Part shown: positions 14,928-30,096 of the stretch, piece after piece
How the letters are laid out: every line of letters starts with the position of its first letter
Numbering within the stretch: the first letter of the stretch is position 1
Source of the DNA: the human T2T-CHM13v2.0 reference genome, Homo sapiens
Reading direction: 5' to 3' (one strand)
NCBI RefSeq assembly: GCF_009914755.1
Contig: NC_060938.1
Length of the DNA stretch: 64,000 nt
Position numbers and translations under genes: made by a program
Notes under the pieces: model-generated
Databases searched by the model: none
The model's input: only the letters and a program-made list of their open reading frames with translations
What the model was told of the DNA's origin: nothing

Positions 14928-15929
14928 CAGAAAAACTAAAAATTCTATGTCTTCTCTACAATTCTTGCCCTTGGCAAATTTACTTGACATCATTTTTATT
15001 GGACCACCTCCATTCCATTTCATTGCATGTCTTCCCTGAATTTGAATCCTATGGCATCCTCATTATTGATCTAACAAGGACACTACTTTTTCCCTAAACA
15101 TTTTAACAATTTTGTTGAATGGGAAAAATAGTAGAGTGCTACAATCTTTCGTGAGAGCTCTGAAGCCAAATTACCTCGGTTTGAATCCCAGCGCTGCCAC
15201 TGACAACATCAGCATGCGTTACGTGACCTCCTCAGTTTCCTAATTAAATGAAATTGTTGGTAGGTCCCATAAAACCTGGTTCTGCTCTTATCTTAGAACA
15301 GTACTTTGCACATAGTAAGTGCTCCATAAATGGTATGTATTATGATAGTAACTATTATTATCACTTATATAGTGATAGTTCAGTGACTAGTCCATCTTAC
15401 TATCTATATTAATGTTATCTGTCTTAGCTTATAAATTCCTTGGTTGTCTATGGAATGGAAAGATGGACATCTAATCAAAGGTTTGGAATGATACCTAGCA
15501 CAGAACTAAACATCACAACTAATTAGAAATAGACATTCAATAAACTAGGGAGACATTCTGATCTCCTGACTGTACTCTAGTAGTTATCTTAGTATGTGCT
15601 AGTTTCCCCTCTGTCTTTAAAATGAATTGTTCTCAACTATTAATTAAAATGGTCTTGTCAAATTATGAGTTTATCTCACCTTGAAATCAAATCAAAAAGA
15701 AGAAACAGTAGAAAAGCATGAGTTTAAATAGCCTTTCATGCCTAAGTATGATTATGCACAGAGAAAGAAACAGAAAATAAATATTTACTTATCCAGAATT
15801 CAGCTGTATGAATCCAGGAAACATTTTTTTTCCTGTCACTATTAATTAAAGACATGGATATTCCTACATGCCAGAGATGTTGTTATAATTAAGTTCTTTT
15901 AAGAACTTGTTATTAATATTTCAACAATC

Positions 15930-16387
15930 TGGAAATCATACTCCCAGGTATTCACCCAAATGACTTGGAAACTTATATCCATTTAAAAACCTGCACACAA
16001 ATGTTAGCTTTATAGCAGCATTATTCATAATTGTCAAAATCTGGAAGCAACCAAGATGTCCTTAAATAGTTGAATGGATACAAAAATTATACTATAACTT
16101 ATACATGGGAATATTATTCAGCAATTAAAAAAAATGAGCTATTAAGCAACAAAAAGACATGGGAAACCATAAATGTATATTGCTTGGTGAAAGAAACCAG
16201 TCTGGAAAGGCTACATATTGTATCATTCCAACTGTAAGACATTCTGGAAAAGAAAAAATTGTGCAGAGAGTAAAAAGATGAGTGATTGTAGGGGATATAG
16301 GGCAGGGGGAATGGGGAGAGAAAAATAGGTGGAACACAAGAAATTTTTAGAGCAGTGAGAACTATTCTGTATGTCTGAAATCTGTAT
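15930..16387 (+). mobile_element. Old L1M (L1MB/MC-type) 3' fragment
   Basis: tttatagcagcattattcataattgtcaaaatctggaagcaaccaagatgtcc...aaggctacatattgtat. Confidence 0.75.
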
Positions 16388-16396
16388 GGCACTGAC

Positions 16397-16770
<374 letters not shown>

Positions 16771-19700
16771 TTATGTCAATATGTGAATTACATTTCTTTT
16801 CAAAATTTAATTTTGCCCATTATGCAAAAACACAATTATAATTTCTTGTTAGAAGCATATATGCCAGCTTAAAAAGAAGCATAGATACCAGCTGATTTTC
16901 TTATAGAATTTTGTCATTGTTTATAAGATGTATAAGATTGTATTAAGATAAAATATAAAGTAAATAAGAAAACCTCCGTTAGTAGCTGTCAAATGCATCA
17001 TTTGTGCCAGCTGCCTGACTTTTATACATTACTACATTGTAGGATCATGAGTAAAGCGAAAAAGAATGTGGATGATGTGATGTGTATAAGCCATCAATAC
17101 TATGTAGTCGGCCTAATCTACAGAGTGGTAATTATTTCCACTATTCTCAAAAGTAAAACATATATCATTAATGGAGCCATAAGGCATCAAGTCTTCCTTA
17201 AAATGTATAGTCTACTACCATTTAACATGTCTGTATGTCAATGAATTCGTTCTACAGGTATTAATTAACAACTGACACTCAATAAAATATGTTGAAAAAA
17301 TTAAAGTATGCTAAAGGTGAATCATCCATTAAGGACACATTCATCAATGTGAATACAGTATTAGTATTCGCCTTTAAAGTGCTTTTACTTATGTTGCTTA
17401 CATTCCTAGATGCCTTTTTGCCTTCATTTTGCCCCAAAACTTGTTTCTTAAAATATCTGCTCATATTCCACTTGCTTCTCTCCTGAGTGATTATCAATCA
17501 CTTTGGATGTTAGATGGTGACAAGAGAGCCAGATGTAATATCCCACCCCTAAACACGCATTTATTCCCAGGTGACTATTTAAAAAGCAACTCAAGAAATA
17601 TGATCCCATTTTCAGAAAACTGAGGCAAGGAGAAAGACAATAAAAGATACGAAGAAAAAGAAAAACAACAAACACTAGTTCTAGAAGTTTTACTTACCTC
17701 GATTAAAGTATATACTTTGGCATTTAAGGGAGTCATATTCAAAATTTATAAGATATGGCCTTTATGCCATTTATTTTTATTTAAACTAAGTTCCAAAACA
17801 AATAATTCTTATTAACTGTTTAAAATTTGAGAGAAAATGTGAAGATTTTCATTGTAGACCATGTTTTCTTCAATTAAAATCTCCATAGCAAAGTGATTTT
17901 TAGTATATAGCATTCTTGCTGCTGATAGAAATGACAGTCTGTTAATATTTATATAGCTCTGCCTTAAATTCATTTGTTCATATACATTAATTTATTGTCT
18001 TTGGACAATATCTCTTATCTTTTATCTATTTCACTCCACTCAATTTCCTATGCATTTCTAATACCTCCAACTGCTAATTTTCCTTCATTGAAACGTTAAA
18101 TATTATTTATGAGCTCCTTAAAAATCTTCTATATATACTAACATGTTATAATTACATTGATTTTCATAAAGAAAAAATTAGTTCTGAAAAAGAAAAAGCT
18201 ATTTTAAATGTTTATATTCTATCCTAAAAAATAGTCTTCAACTGAATTTTTTGGTAAACTGTGTTGCAGTTTTTTACTAATGTTCTTTGGTTCAGTATAA
18301 ATGATATGGTAAATTTGCATTCAAATTCATGGAACTTTTGAAATCTGTTTCCCATCTAGCTGGCCAGCCAAAAACAATATTTTCATTTGTAAACAGCTGT
18401 TTCATAATCAGCTCTTTTGTACTACGTGGAATTCCATAAAAGATAGAACATTTTATTTAAAATACAGGAATCGCATTAATCCATCACAAATCATTGATTA
18501 GTTTTTGTATACTACCACACATTTAACTTATAGGGAAAGATTTTAAGGAAAATTTAATCTTGTGTCCAAATGTAACATTACTTTAAACATGAGGTCATCT
18601 AAACATCTGTCTCCAATATATCACTGGGGATTTAAATCAAAAGTCTGCTAAACATGTACAATCATTTTGAAAATAAATAACAGGACAAATTCTGTCTTGA
18701 TTATGATTATCATGCATTTTAAAAGGGAACATTTATTCTAATAAGAAAAGTCTGAACTAATTTAAACTTTATTGACATTAAGTTAAAATAGTTTCATACA
18801 AGAGTAAGAGATATATTTCGTTTATTTGCTGCATAACAATGCTTATATTTCAACTTTTCAACATTATACTCTTAAATTTTTACTCACAAAAAAAACTGAT
18901 ACCTTTATCCCTCCATATATTTTCAATAGTAAAATATTCAAGGAAAAATTTCAAGACATAAAATTTTCCACTCAGTAACTGAAAAATGAATAACACAATT
19001 TTCTTCCTGAACTTTCCTTCCTTTAGGGCAACACTATGAATCTTCAAGAAGAACTAAAATAGTTCTATCCATTTAACTGACTCCTATGTTACGCTTTAAA
19101 ATAAAAGAATGTAGCTAATTACAAAAGACAGTGAAGGCAGTACATTCCCTTCAAGACTTTATAATCATCAAAAAGTCAGTGTATTTCTTAAATGATTAAT
19201 TAAACTCTACACCTGACTTGTGTCTGGTAAGTATGAGCATTTAATTCACCAACAGGATATCTTCAGAAACCAGCTAAATACTTGAGATGAATACGCATTA
19301 AAAATAAACCACAATGCTTAATCATCAAAGCAATTTCTGCCGAAACTAAAATGAACATTAGCAGTTGAAGAACCGGAGGAAATAAAATTAAAGCATCACT
19401 GAATAGTACATTCTTAGAAAAACACCATAGCTTCCCCTAATGCTGCAGAAATCATCAAAGAACCCAGCTGCAAGGAATATTAATGTCCAGGTTTGTCTCA
19501 CATCTAGTTGGCTGTTGCAAACTGTAACTGTAGGTGGTAGTTATGGTTTTCTGAACCACCTCACTGCATTTCTTCTTTCTGCTTATATCCCGAAGTTGCT
19601 AACTTTGGCCATGGCAATTTCAGATCATATATTCTGCCTTGGTAGATACAGGATAAAAACTTTAAAATGTATTCACAGGTCTCTGAGTGTAATTCCTTAA

Positions 19701-20264
19701 GGGCAAGAACTATGACTTACTAATTTTGGATATCCATTCCCTAGAACCACATCTGACACATATCTGCAGCTTGATAATTCTTGGTAAATGCATGAATGAC
19801 TTGATGAAATGAACATCTGACTAAAACCAAAAACTTTTGCCTGGCTCTGCTGAACTGCCTACTAATACACTGCTTTAGTTTTCCCACCTATAAAATGAGG
19901 CTTATCCTTGCCCTGCACCCTCACTGAGGTATTGGGAGAATTGAACGAGAGCATAAACACAAAAATTTATTGTAAAACTAGCAGTAGCAAACTAGTGTAA
20001 TCATTTTGATCATCAACAATGTATCTAGGTTAAATTGTATATGCAGAAAAACAGATACTGAATGTTATATGAAGTATTTATTTATAAAAACATTCTTTTG
20101 AAGAAGCTCAAAATTGAAATAACATGCTTCCAAAATATGTGGTATGTTGAAACAGAGAAATTCTCTTTTGAAAATACAGTTAAAGGACTGGGGGCTAAGA
20201 AATCCCTTTGGAAAAGTTAAGTCTGGTGGTACCATTTTTTTTTTTAACTTTATAAGATCTTAGA

Positions 20265-20562
20265 GCTGGGCACGGTAAGGCTCACGCCTGTAATCCCAGC
20301 ACTTTGGGAGGCTGAGGCGGGTAGATCACTTGAGGTCAGGAGTTCGAGACCAACCTTGCCACATGGCGAAATTCCGTCTCTACAAATAACACAAAAATTA
20401 GCCAGGCGTGGTGGTGCAGGCTTGTAATCCCAGTTACTTGGGAGACTGAGTCAGGAGAATCACTGAACCAGGGAAGCGGAGGTTGCAGTGAGCTAAGATC
20501 ACGCCACCGCACTCCAGCCTGGGTGACAGAGAGAGACACTGTCTCAAAAAAAGAAAAAAAAA
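20265..20562 (+). mobile_element. AluS
   Basis: Dimeric Alu; TSD atcttag. Confidence 0.9.
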
Positions 20563-21269
20563 TCTTAGGAACTTAATAATTAACACCTTTTGTATTACGA
20601 GGAAGAAATTCAAGCTTTTTTATATAATTAATACAACTGAGCAACTGAGTTTATCTCAAACTTTAGCCTTCCCAGTCCAAAAGCTGAATACCATAATGAC
20701 TAGCTAAAGATGCTAATTCAGCATTAGCAATGTAAAGCATGTTTTTGTGTGTTGCCAGTGTTTTCCTCAACACATAAAACACACAAAAAATCTGTGGTCA
20801 AACAACCACAGACATGATCTAAGTGAGAAATCTTTGCATTTATACTGGCCTTTGTATTAAAATAGCATAGAATTGTCTATGATTATTTCTTTCAATTAAC
20901 TGCGTTTTTAAAAAAAAAACTGAAATATAAAAATAATTTTGCTTTAGTGTAGCTTCCATTTGTGTAACTTTATCTCACACATTCAAATTTGAGTTACCGG
21001 CTATTTTATCATTTTCCATCTTTTTCCTAGTAGATTTACTTTACTACGTAAATGTTAGTAGCAAGTTGCCCCATTAAAAATCAGTTAATTTTGTTTTTCT
21101 TTATTCTATTACTCAAAATACCTGAAACAAAATATGTAAGGTACTATATGTCACTTTTTATATTTTTCTAGATTGCACTGACTTTATTTTTCAGAATAAC
21201 CACTGTAATCAGCTATTTCTACATTTTCGTCTGAGTACTTTGATATGATACAGGCTCCATCCTCAAGGA

Positions 21270-21450
21270 TAGTATTTCTCAATCTTGGCTGCACATTGGA
21301 CTCAGATAGAGCGACGTAAAAAATGCTGATTCCTGGGTCCAATTCCCAGAGGTTCTGATGTAGTCAGTGTGGGTTGCGACAGTGGCCTCTGCATCTTTTC
21401 ATGTTACCCAAGTGATCCTAAAGTGTAGTCAAGGCTGAGAACCATGGCTC
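21270..21450. mobile_element. MER5A-type DNA transposon
   Basis: tttctcaatcttggctgcacattgg...aggctgagaacca. Confidence 0.7.
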
Positions 21451-21479
21451 TGGGAACTCACAGTCTTGTAGGGGAGATT

Positions 21480-22049
<570 letters not shown>

Positions 22050-22987
22050 TAAAAGATTTTTTTAACGGGGCAAGTCATAGTGTTCATGAATAGAAGTGAC
22101 AGAAGAATTACCTCCGAGGATACACAACCACTGAAATTAGGCAGATATTAGAAATGTCCGTTTTTCTCCTTAGCCTGACTGTCAGAATGAATTGTAAATT
22201 TTCTTCGAAATAGTAGTATCTGAGGCAAAGAACACTCCTAGGCAGTGGCCCAGTCTAGCTGGATACCTCTCAGTTGTCAAGGACACAGGAAGGAACAATG
22301 AAATCATTATTTGACTATTATTTTTTTAGTTGCTAGTCAGCATCTAAGTCTGTCTGCAAACTGCATCTCTGCATTCCCTACAGGCAAAGGGAGCTGTCCC
22401 TCCTGGTAGTGACAGAATAACCACAAACAAAACAGTCCTCCTCAGGGGAAAGCCATCTTTATCTGTCAGTATTAGTCAGCTGAGAAACATAGCTGCAGGC
22501 AGCTGAAAAAACAGTTTGCCTGTTTTAAGTTTACAGGTGGCCTTATAATGGAAAGTTTTACATACTGAGATTCCTTTTCAAGTTAAAAAAGTTTGGACAA
22601 AAAGGGACAAAATTTGGCAGGATTTTCATGCAATGCTTCTAACCAGCTTACGAAAGCAAAATATCAAATTTTAGTGAAGCTTGGTGAACTAAGCACCCGC
22701 CTGCTGGCAAACAGGCTTAGCTAACTGCTCCCACCCTTTCTGCACTGCACATTCCTCGTGGTTCAAATCAGAATGGCCACACATACCTGCTGTCACAGGG
22801 GCTGGCTATACAAAACACCCAAGAAATGTTTTCCGAAGGAATTCATGGACATTGGAGATAACTAACTTTGAAAATACTTTTGAAAAGCAGATTGTAAACA
22901 GAGTAACATAATAATAATGTCAGCGTGTAAACAATAAAACAGCTGCTTAAAGCCCAGGTAAAAGGCATTTTAATGTGTCTGTTCATT

Positions 22988-22991
<4 letters not shown>

Positions 22992-23018
<27 letters not shown>
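22992..23018. repeat. (GT)n microsatellite
   Basis: Seen directly. Confidence 0.95.
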
Positions 23019-24317
23019 CTGTAATTTGTTTAAGAGGAACAAGTATGAAAGGGGAAGAAGGCATTTGACTGATTTCATCATCATTGTCAGCATGGATCAG
23101 ATATTTGGGGTTCCATGAACACCTATTGTGCTTTCCCCAGCATCTGGGGCAATGGAGCAGACAGGGCCAGTTTATTCTGTAAGTGGTTCAAAGTTTCTTT
23201 TTCCTGGTTTTCCTATCATAGCTTACATTTTGTCTGAGGAAAAGGCACAGTTTGGAATCTATCAAAAGCAGTTAAATTGTTGGAAACATCTAACACATTA
23301 CAAAGTATAATTAATTAAATTTATCAATGCAGTTGCTGTTTTCCTAGAATAAAATGGGGGTTTTAGAAAGTCAAATTCAGCAGTTATTGACAAGAGTCAG
23401 AAAAGCATGCAGTGACTTGGTGGGAAGCTCGGGACAGGTCTTGACTGAGAGCACTGATCCTTGGGGTCGAGGGCTTAGAAAAAAATACAGAAACTAATGA
23501 GAAAAAGAGAGCCAGCTAATTACAAACTTGAGTAATAATGTCACTGTCAAATCTTGGGAAAAGGACTGACAGATTCTATTTAACCTATAAATCAGTAGTT
23601 GTCAATTAGGTGGTCTCTTTACCACTGGGGTGAAATATGGAAATGATTTATTTAAATTAAAGACAAGGCCTTTGTATTACTTATCTCAATTAATAATGAT
23701 TGATCAAATTTGTTTCAAAAAATGTTATGCAATTTAACACCTCAGAAGTTACTATGAATGATAAATAGAATACCTACACACATATACATTCTCTTCTTTT
23801 AAAAAAATTTAGGTTTAGAGGAGGGGAGTGAACCAAATTATTTGATAGAGTGACTACTAAAATATTAGTTAAGAACCACTCCTGTGGACCCACTGTGGAA
23901 TATTGGAAAGGAAGTCTCCAGAAGCAAAGTAATGACTCCATTTTCAGGGGTGGCAGAGGGGAAAACAACTTCATCAGGTGAAAAAGAAGATTATGTTAAT
24001 GAAATCCAGGTTTGAGCACAAAACAAAATTCTACTGCCCCAAATCAGTAGTTAAGTGAAATAAGATAAAGTTTCTAGAATGTAAACAGAAATATAGTTTA
24101 TATTATAAAAGTAGAAAGAATTATAGTTAGCATATATGCATGTATTCATAAGATGTGTCACTCATATGTGAAGTTGTTTTGGGTTTTTTTTTGTTTTTTT
24201 AGTATTTTTAGTAGAGATAGGATTTCACCATATTGCCCATGCTGGTCTTGAATTCCTGAGCTTGAGCGATCAGCCTGCCTTGGCCTCCCAAAGTGCTGTG
24301 ATTACACGCCCAGCCTG

Positions 24318-24319
24318 GG

Positions 24320-24354
<35 letters not shown>
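24318..24354. repeat. (GTT)n microsatellite
   Basis: Seen directly. Confidence 0.95.
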
Positions 24355-24355
<1 letters not shown>

Positions 24356-24669
24356 GTTTGTTTTTAATATTTGGAAGAGTCTTAACTACTCATATGTTTT
24401 CCCTCTCCATTAATAATAACTAACACAGAGCATTCAGGAAGTGCTAGTCACAATTCTAAGCACTTTACATGCCTCAATCCATATGATCCTTCCAATAACC
24501 AATGAGGTAGATTGCATCCTATCTCTATTTTATGGGTAAGGCACAGAGATGTTAAGCTGCCTGCCCAAGGTAACACAGCTAGTAAGTATTAGAGTTGGGA
24601 TCTGGTATCAGGCATTAAGACATCAGAATCCCCATAGAATACTACCTCCTTCTCTTACCTCTATTCTCT

Positions 24670-24790
24670 ATTTTTTTTAAGAGATGGGGTCTCGCTCTGT
24701 TGCCCAGGCTGGAGTCAAACTCCTGGGCTCAAGCAATCCTCATGCCTTAGTCTCAGGAGTAGCTGGAACTCCATGCCTGTGTGCCCAGAT
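24670..24790 (-). mobile_element. FLAM-type Alu monomer with intact TSD
   Basis: TSD TTACCTCTATTCTCT at 24655-24669 and 24791-24805. Another left monomer lies at 24185-24315. Confidence 0.8.
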
Positions 24791-24837
24791 TTACCTCTAT
24801 TCTCTTTGTAGCATGAAGTGAAATCTAAAATACTAAA

Positions 24838-24839
<2 letters not shown>

Positions 24840-24875
<36 letters not shown>

Positions 24876-24884
24876 AGAGAGAGA
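24840..24884. repeat. (CA)n(GA)n compound microsatellite
   Basis: Seen directly. Confidence 0.95.
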
Positions 24885-25674
24885 TGAGCTAAATAACTCT
24901 TTGGGACACCACAGTAGGAATTTAATAGACTAGAACAGAAAATTAAGATTAGGTTGCTATGACCCCACTGAGTAAGTCCCCTATCATATGACTGCCACAT
25001 GTGTGGGATTGACTCAGATATCCCTGAGGGCATGTGGGGCAAGTAGAAAGATGGGCTGGAAAAAACTACAACTAACACAATGACATTTGAGCTTGAGAAA
25101 ACAAACCTACCTCCAAACTGTAAGCAACTCAACAATCAGATACTCTATACTTCTTCTAACTATTCCTGGAAAGCCAGGTATTAGGAAAAAACAGGTCTCC
25201 ATCCACACACAGTCAAAATTCAGGAAGACAAATTTCTAGGTTCACAGAATCAATGGGACTTGGATTGACTCCTTCTTAGAGTAACCAGGGCAGGAAAACT
25301 AGAGCCCTTTTTTATTTCCTTTTGCAGCTATCAGGAATAAAATGGAACAGTACATCGTCTACAGCATTCGGTTCCTAGGGTAATGTCTCAATTTGATGGC
25401 AGGCAAACAGCAATGATTCTCCTCACCACCAATGACACTGGGCATGAAGGAAACAGCACCCACTCCTTCAGATTGTTTAGGAAATATCTCCCTACCATCT
25501 TGATGAAAAGTTTTGAAGTTTTAAATTAATTCACATTAAAAATTGATAAATAAAACACTTGACATTTATTCATTCATCTATTCATTCGACAAATGTTTAT
25601 TGAGTACCTGTCCTGTGCCAGGTTATCTTTTAGGCACTAGGGATACACCAGAGTACCAAACAGACCAAGAGTTT

Positions 25675-25969
<295 letters not shown>

Positions 25970-27227
25970 TGAAGCTAATAGTCTACTGATAAAGATAAGA
26001 AGAGCATGTTTTAATATATAATAAATGATGTCATTATTTTACATCATTTATTCAACAATTAGTATTATGCATTCATTCTTACATTTAACTAAACATGTCA
26101 ATGTTACTTACAGATCAATAAAATTTAAAAACTAGGGTATTTTATTTTAATTTAATATGTAGCTATTTTCTCAGCTATGCAATGCTGATAAAATATATAT
26201 GAAAAGTGTGACATGTCTCATGTTTATTCAAATGTAAGAATACATAGATTCATATACGCCGCACAAAACATAAAAAATGCAGGTATTTTCCAATCTAGAA
26301 ATAGTTAATTTGCTAACAACTTGTACATACTAATGATCACTACAGCTCCCATTTTCTCCAACCTTAATGCCTCCTAATTCCCAACTCTGGTTTGCACTTG
26401 CCCTTTGGTTCTTCTCTGCTGTCGGACTGTTCACCAACCATCCATTTATTCGTTGCACAAGGACGTACTAGGAACCACTGGAGTGAGACCCTCTAGAACT
26501 CCTTCACCCTTGTCTCTTAGGACTAGGGCCTCTTGGAAGTTGAAAGAGACCCAAGACTCTTCTACTAATTGGGAACTCTCAAAATACTATTATAAAAAAT
26601 AAAGAAATGCCAGTTAACAGCGTTATTAAAATTTACTTTAAGGACTTACATTTCACATAGTAATTCTTTTAACAGACACAATTGCAATGACAAAGGCAAT
26701 GACTTTATATCTGCCCATATTTGAAAGAAATGTCAAAAATTCAAATTTATAAAGCCCTCTGTGAAATATGAGGCCCTATTCAAATGGCCCTCCTGGTCTT
26801 GTCTGTCACCCTTTCCTTCTTGGCTGCTGGCACCTTCCTATCTCATTGTCAACGAGAAGCCACCACACTATCTCCACATCTGAGTATCTCTATCCCATTC
26901 TCCACCAGTTAGAGCTCTTAAAACCTCCAGGGAAGCTAGCCTCAGAAGGACAGAGGACCCTATATTTGGGCTTAGGAATCCTAAATGCCCTAGGGCTTAG
27001 AGCTGCCATTACTGGTATTTCACACTTATTTCAGGTTTTTTTTTTTTTTTTTAAAAAAAAGGAAGAAAATTTTTGTGGCTTGCCCATGAATTGCATAACA
27101 TTGTTCTAGGGGGAAATGCATTCTGACCTCAAACTCACCTAAAACTACAGATTTTTGAAACATGACATATATGTTTAGGGCATTACATGAGACCACACTT
27201 TTTCTCACACATGGTAACTATATTTCC

Positions 27228-27590
<363 letters not shown>

Positions 27591-28873
27591 TAACTGTGAG
27601 TCTTTTTTCATTCAACTTGCCCGCAAATGTGATTTTATATATACTGTCATATATTTCTAACTTATATAAATAATGCAAAGTAAAAGATGTCCTTGAGTTT
27701 ATAAGGTAAAAAATATTTTTGTGTGTAGCTACACATTGTATATTTTATATTGATTGTATGTCAGATTTCTATTATAGAAAGCAAATCATACTATTTAGCA
27801 TGAGATCATCTTCATTTAGATACACCATAGGTCAAAACACAGATGTTTTGTCTTCATTGTTGCTCTGAGAAACTATGATTCCTACAAGAAACATTCCCTC
27901 CACCATCAGTAAAATAAGATGCTATGAAAGAGGTCAAAGTATTTGACGTCTAAATCAGAAGGTATTTTCTTTACTTCTGCCATATTTCTATATGGTTACA
28001 TGGGGATATATAAGCAAAACAGGTCTCAATGAAATTGAATTGCTTTGTGGCAAATGCATTGAATAAATATACATTTATTGAGCAGCTACTATATTCAAAG
28101 CACTGTGGTAGGCCTGGAGATACAAAATAAACATGACTTGGTCTCTTCCTTAGAGGGGCTCACTCTTCATAAGACTTAAAAAACAAGAAATAGATCCAAT
28201 GCACTCTTTTAAACTAATAACAAAAAATCAAGGAAAAGTAAAATAGATGCTTGTGAAAAGCCTCTTTGCAGAGTGAAATGGAATACTACATATTATGTAA
28301 GCATACCAATGAAAACATTATCAGTATATATAATGCTGGATGACGGCTATTTAAATATCCAAATTGAATGAACAAATGATGGCTCACAATAGCCTCAACC
28401 TCCAGGGCTCAAGCAATTCTCCCCACTTTGGCCTCCCTAAATGCTGGAATTACAGGCGTGAGCTATCTGTGCCTGCCTAGATGATCCATTTTTTGACTAT
28501 GGAAGATACGAAGCCAACAAGAATCACATAGACATCATTATCACCACTGTTTTTTTTTAACTTAGATGCCAGTGCCTCTACTTTTCTCTTTTTCTTCCCT
28601 TCCTTGCTTCTTGTTGAACTTCTAATCTCCAGCTATGAGCTCAAAATACAAGGTATACACCAATGCAGATGTCCATGAACACATGAAAGAAACAGAAAAT
28701 CTACTGTCACTTTCTTGATGCTTTATGAGGCAAACCTAATGAAACTATATTGCTCTGTAAAACAAAGTTGCTTACCATTTTCATATCATATTCCTATTTC
28801 AACTTTACAGAATATAAATTAAATGTTTTCTTAGGGCAACTAAAAACTGCTCCATCAAAAAAAAAATCCGCTA

Positions 28874-29128
28874 GGGCCGGCCACGGTGGCTCACACCTGC
28901 AATCCCAGCACTTTGGGAAGCTGAAACCCCATCTCTACTAAAAATACAAAAATTAGCTGGGCATGGTGGTGGGCGCCTGTAGTCCCAGCTACTCAGGAGG
29001 CTGAGGCAGCAGAATCGCTTAAACCGGGAGGCAGAGGTTGCAGTGAGCTGAGACAGCACTACTGAACTCCAGCCTGGGCACAGACTCAGGCTGACTCACA
29101 GAGCAAGACTCAAAAAATAAATAAATAA
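28874..29128 (+). mobile_element. AluS with internal left-arm deletion
   Basis: ctttgggaagctga|aaccccatctctac junction. Confidence 0.85.
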
Positions 29129-29296
29129 TCACTAAATAGTCTTTAATATTTCTTATATTTAGTACAGTACCTTCAATATTCATCCTCCTTAGAACTATCT
29201 TGAAATCCCTTAGCTGTATACATTTCTCATTAAGAGAGAAAAAATAATTTAATTTAGTAATTATTTAAAAATTTTTTAAAGACATGGGAAAGTTAT

Positions 29297-29311
29297 ACTG
29301 CCATCTTGTGG
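29297..29311 (-). promoter_or_regulatory. CTCF motif
   Basis: Minus strand CCACAAGATGGCAGT is one mismatch from CCASYAGRKGGCRSY; CTGTAAT further upstream resembles the U-motif. Confidence 0.65.
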
Positions 29312-30081
29312 TTAAAGTTTGATTACAGAAGCAAGCACTTCTGGCATTTCCCATTCATAAACCAAATCCACAACATAATATGTATCATACTTAAAACTTT
29401 TTCCTTACAGAAGGAGTAGGGTTGAAGGAAAAAAATCCTGTTTAGAACTTACATTCAAGAAAAATTATTATTCATACATATACCCAATTTCTTATGTTAA
29501 AGGCCACTGAATTAAAACAAGAAATGGCATTTGAGTCCCAGATACATAAATAAAACCTACGTGTTTGGCACTGTAGCTCCTGTTTAGAGATGTTTATAAT
29601 TTATTATGACTATAATACATACCCTAGCCCTAATAACTTTGAAAAACAAAATTATGGAATCTAGGAGTTTCAGGTAATCTCTAAGATCTACAAGAAATTA
29701 TGACATTTATCCTAAGCTTATCAATGATTTCTATTTTATCCAGGACTCTAATTCAAATTTTACGGCAAGAACCAACATAAAGAAAATAAATATTATACAA
29801 ATAAAAACAGTTTCTTCCATCCCTCTTTCTTACTCATATACATAAACCCATTTTTCCATACATACACAGGTATGAATCACAATTAAAAGAAAAATTAATT
29901 CCCAAAGTACAGTCTGTATTTTTCAAGTGTAGAATTCTCTATGATCTATGCAAGGCAAAGATGCTTTGCAATAGTGGAATGTAATCAGAAGTTAACACAC
30001 TTCTAGATCTAACTATATCTGCAGAAAGCTTTTCCTTTTAAAAAGAAAATAAAAAGCAAATCACCAAAATTATAGGAAGAC

Positions 30082-30096
30082 AGCGCCATCTATAGG
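30082..30096 (-). promoter_or_regulatory. CTCF motif
   Basis: Minus strand CCTATAGATGGCGCT has an intact TAGATGGCGCT core and a retained CpG in an AT-rich region. Confidence 0.55.
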
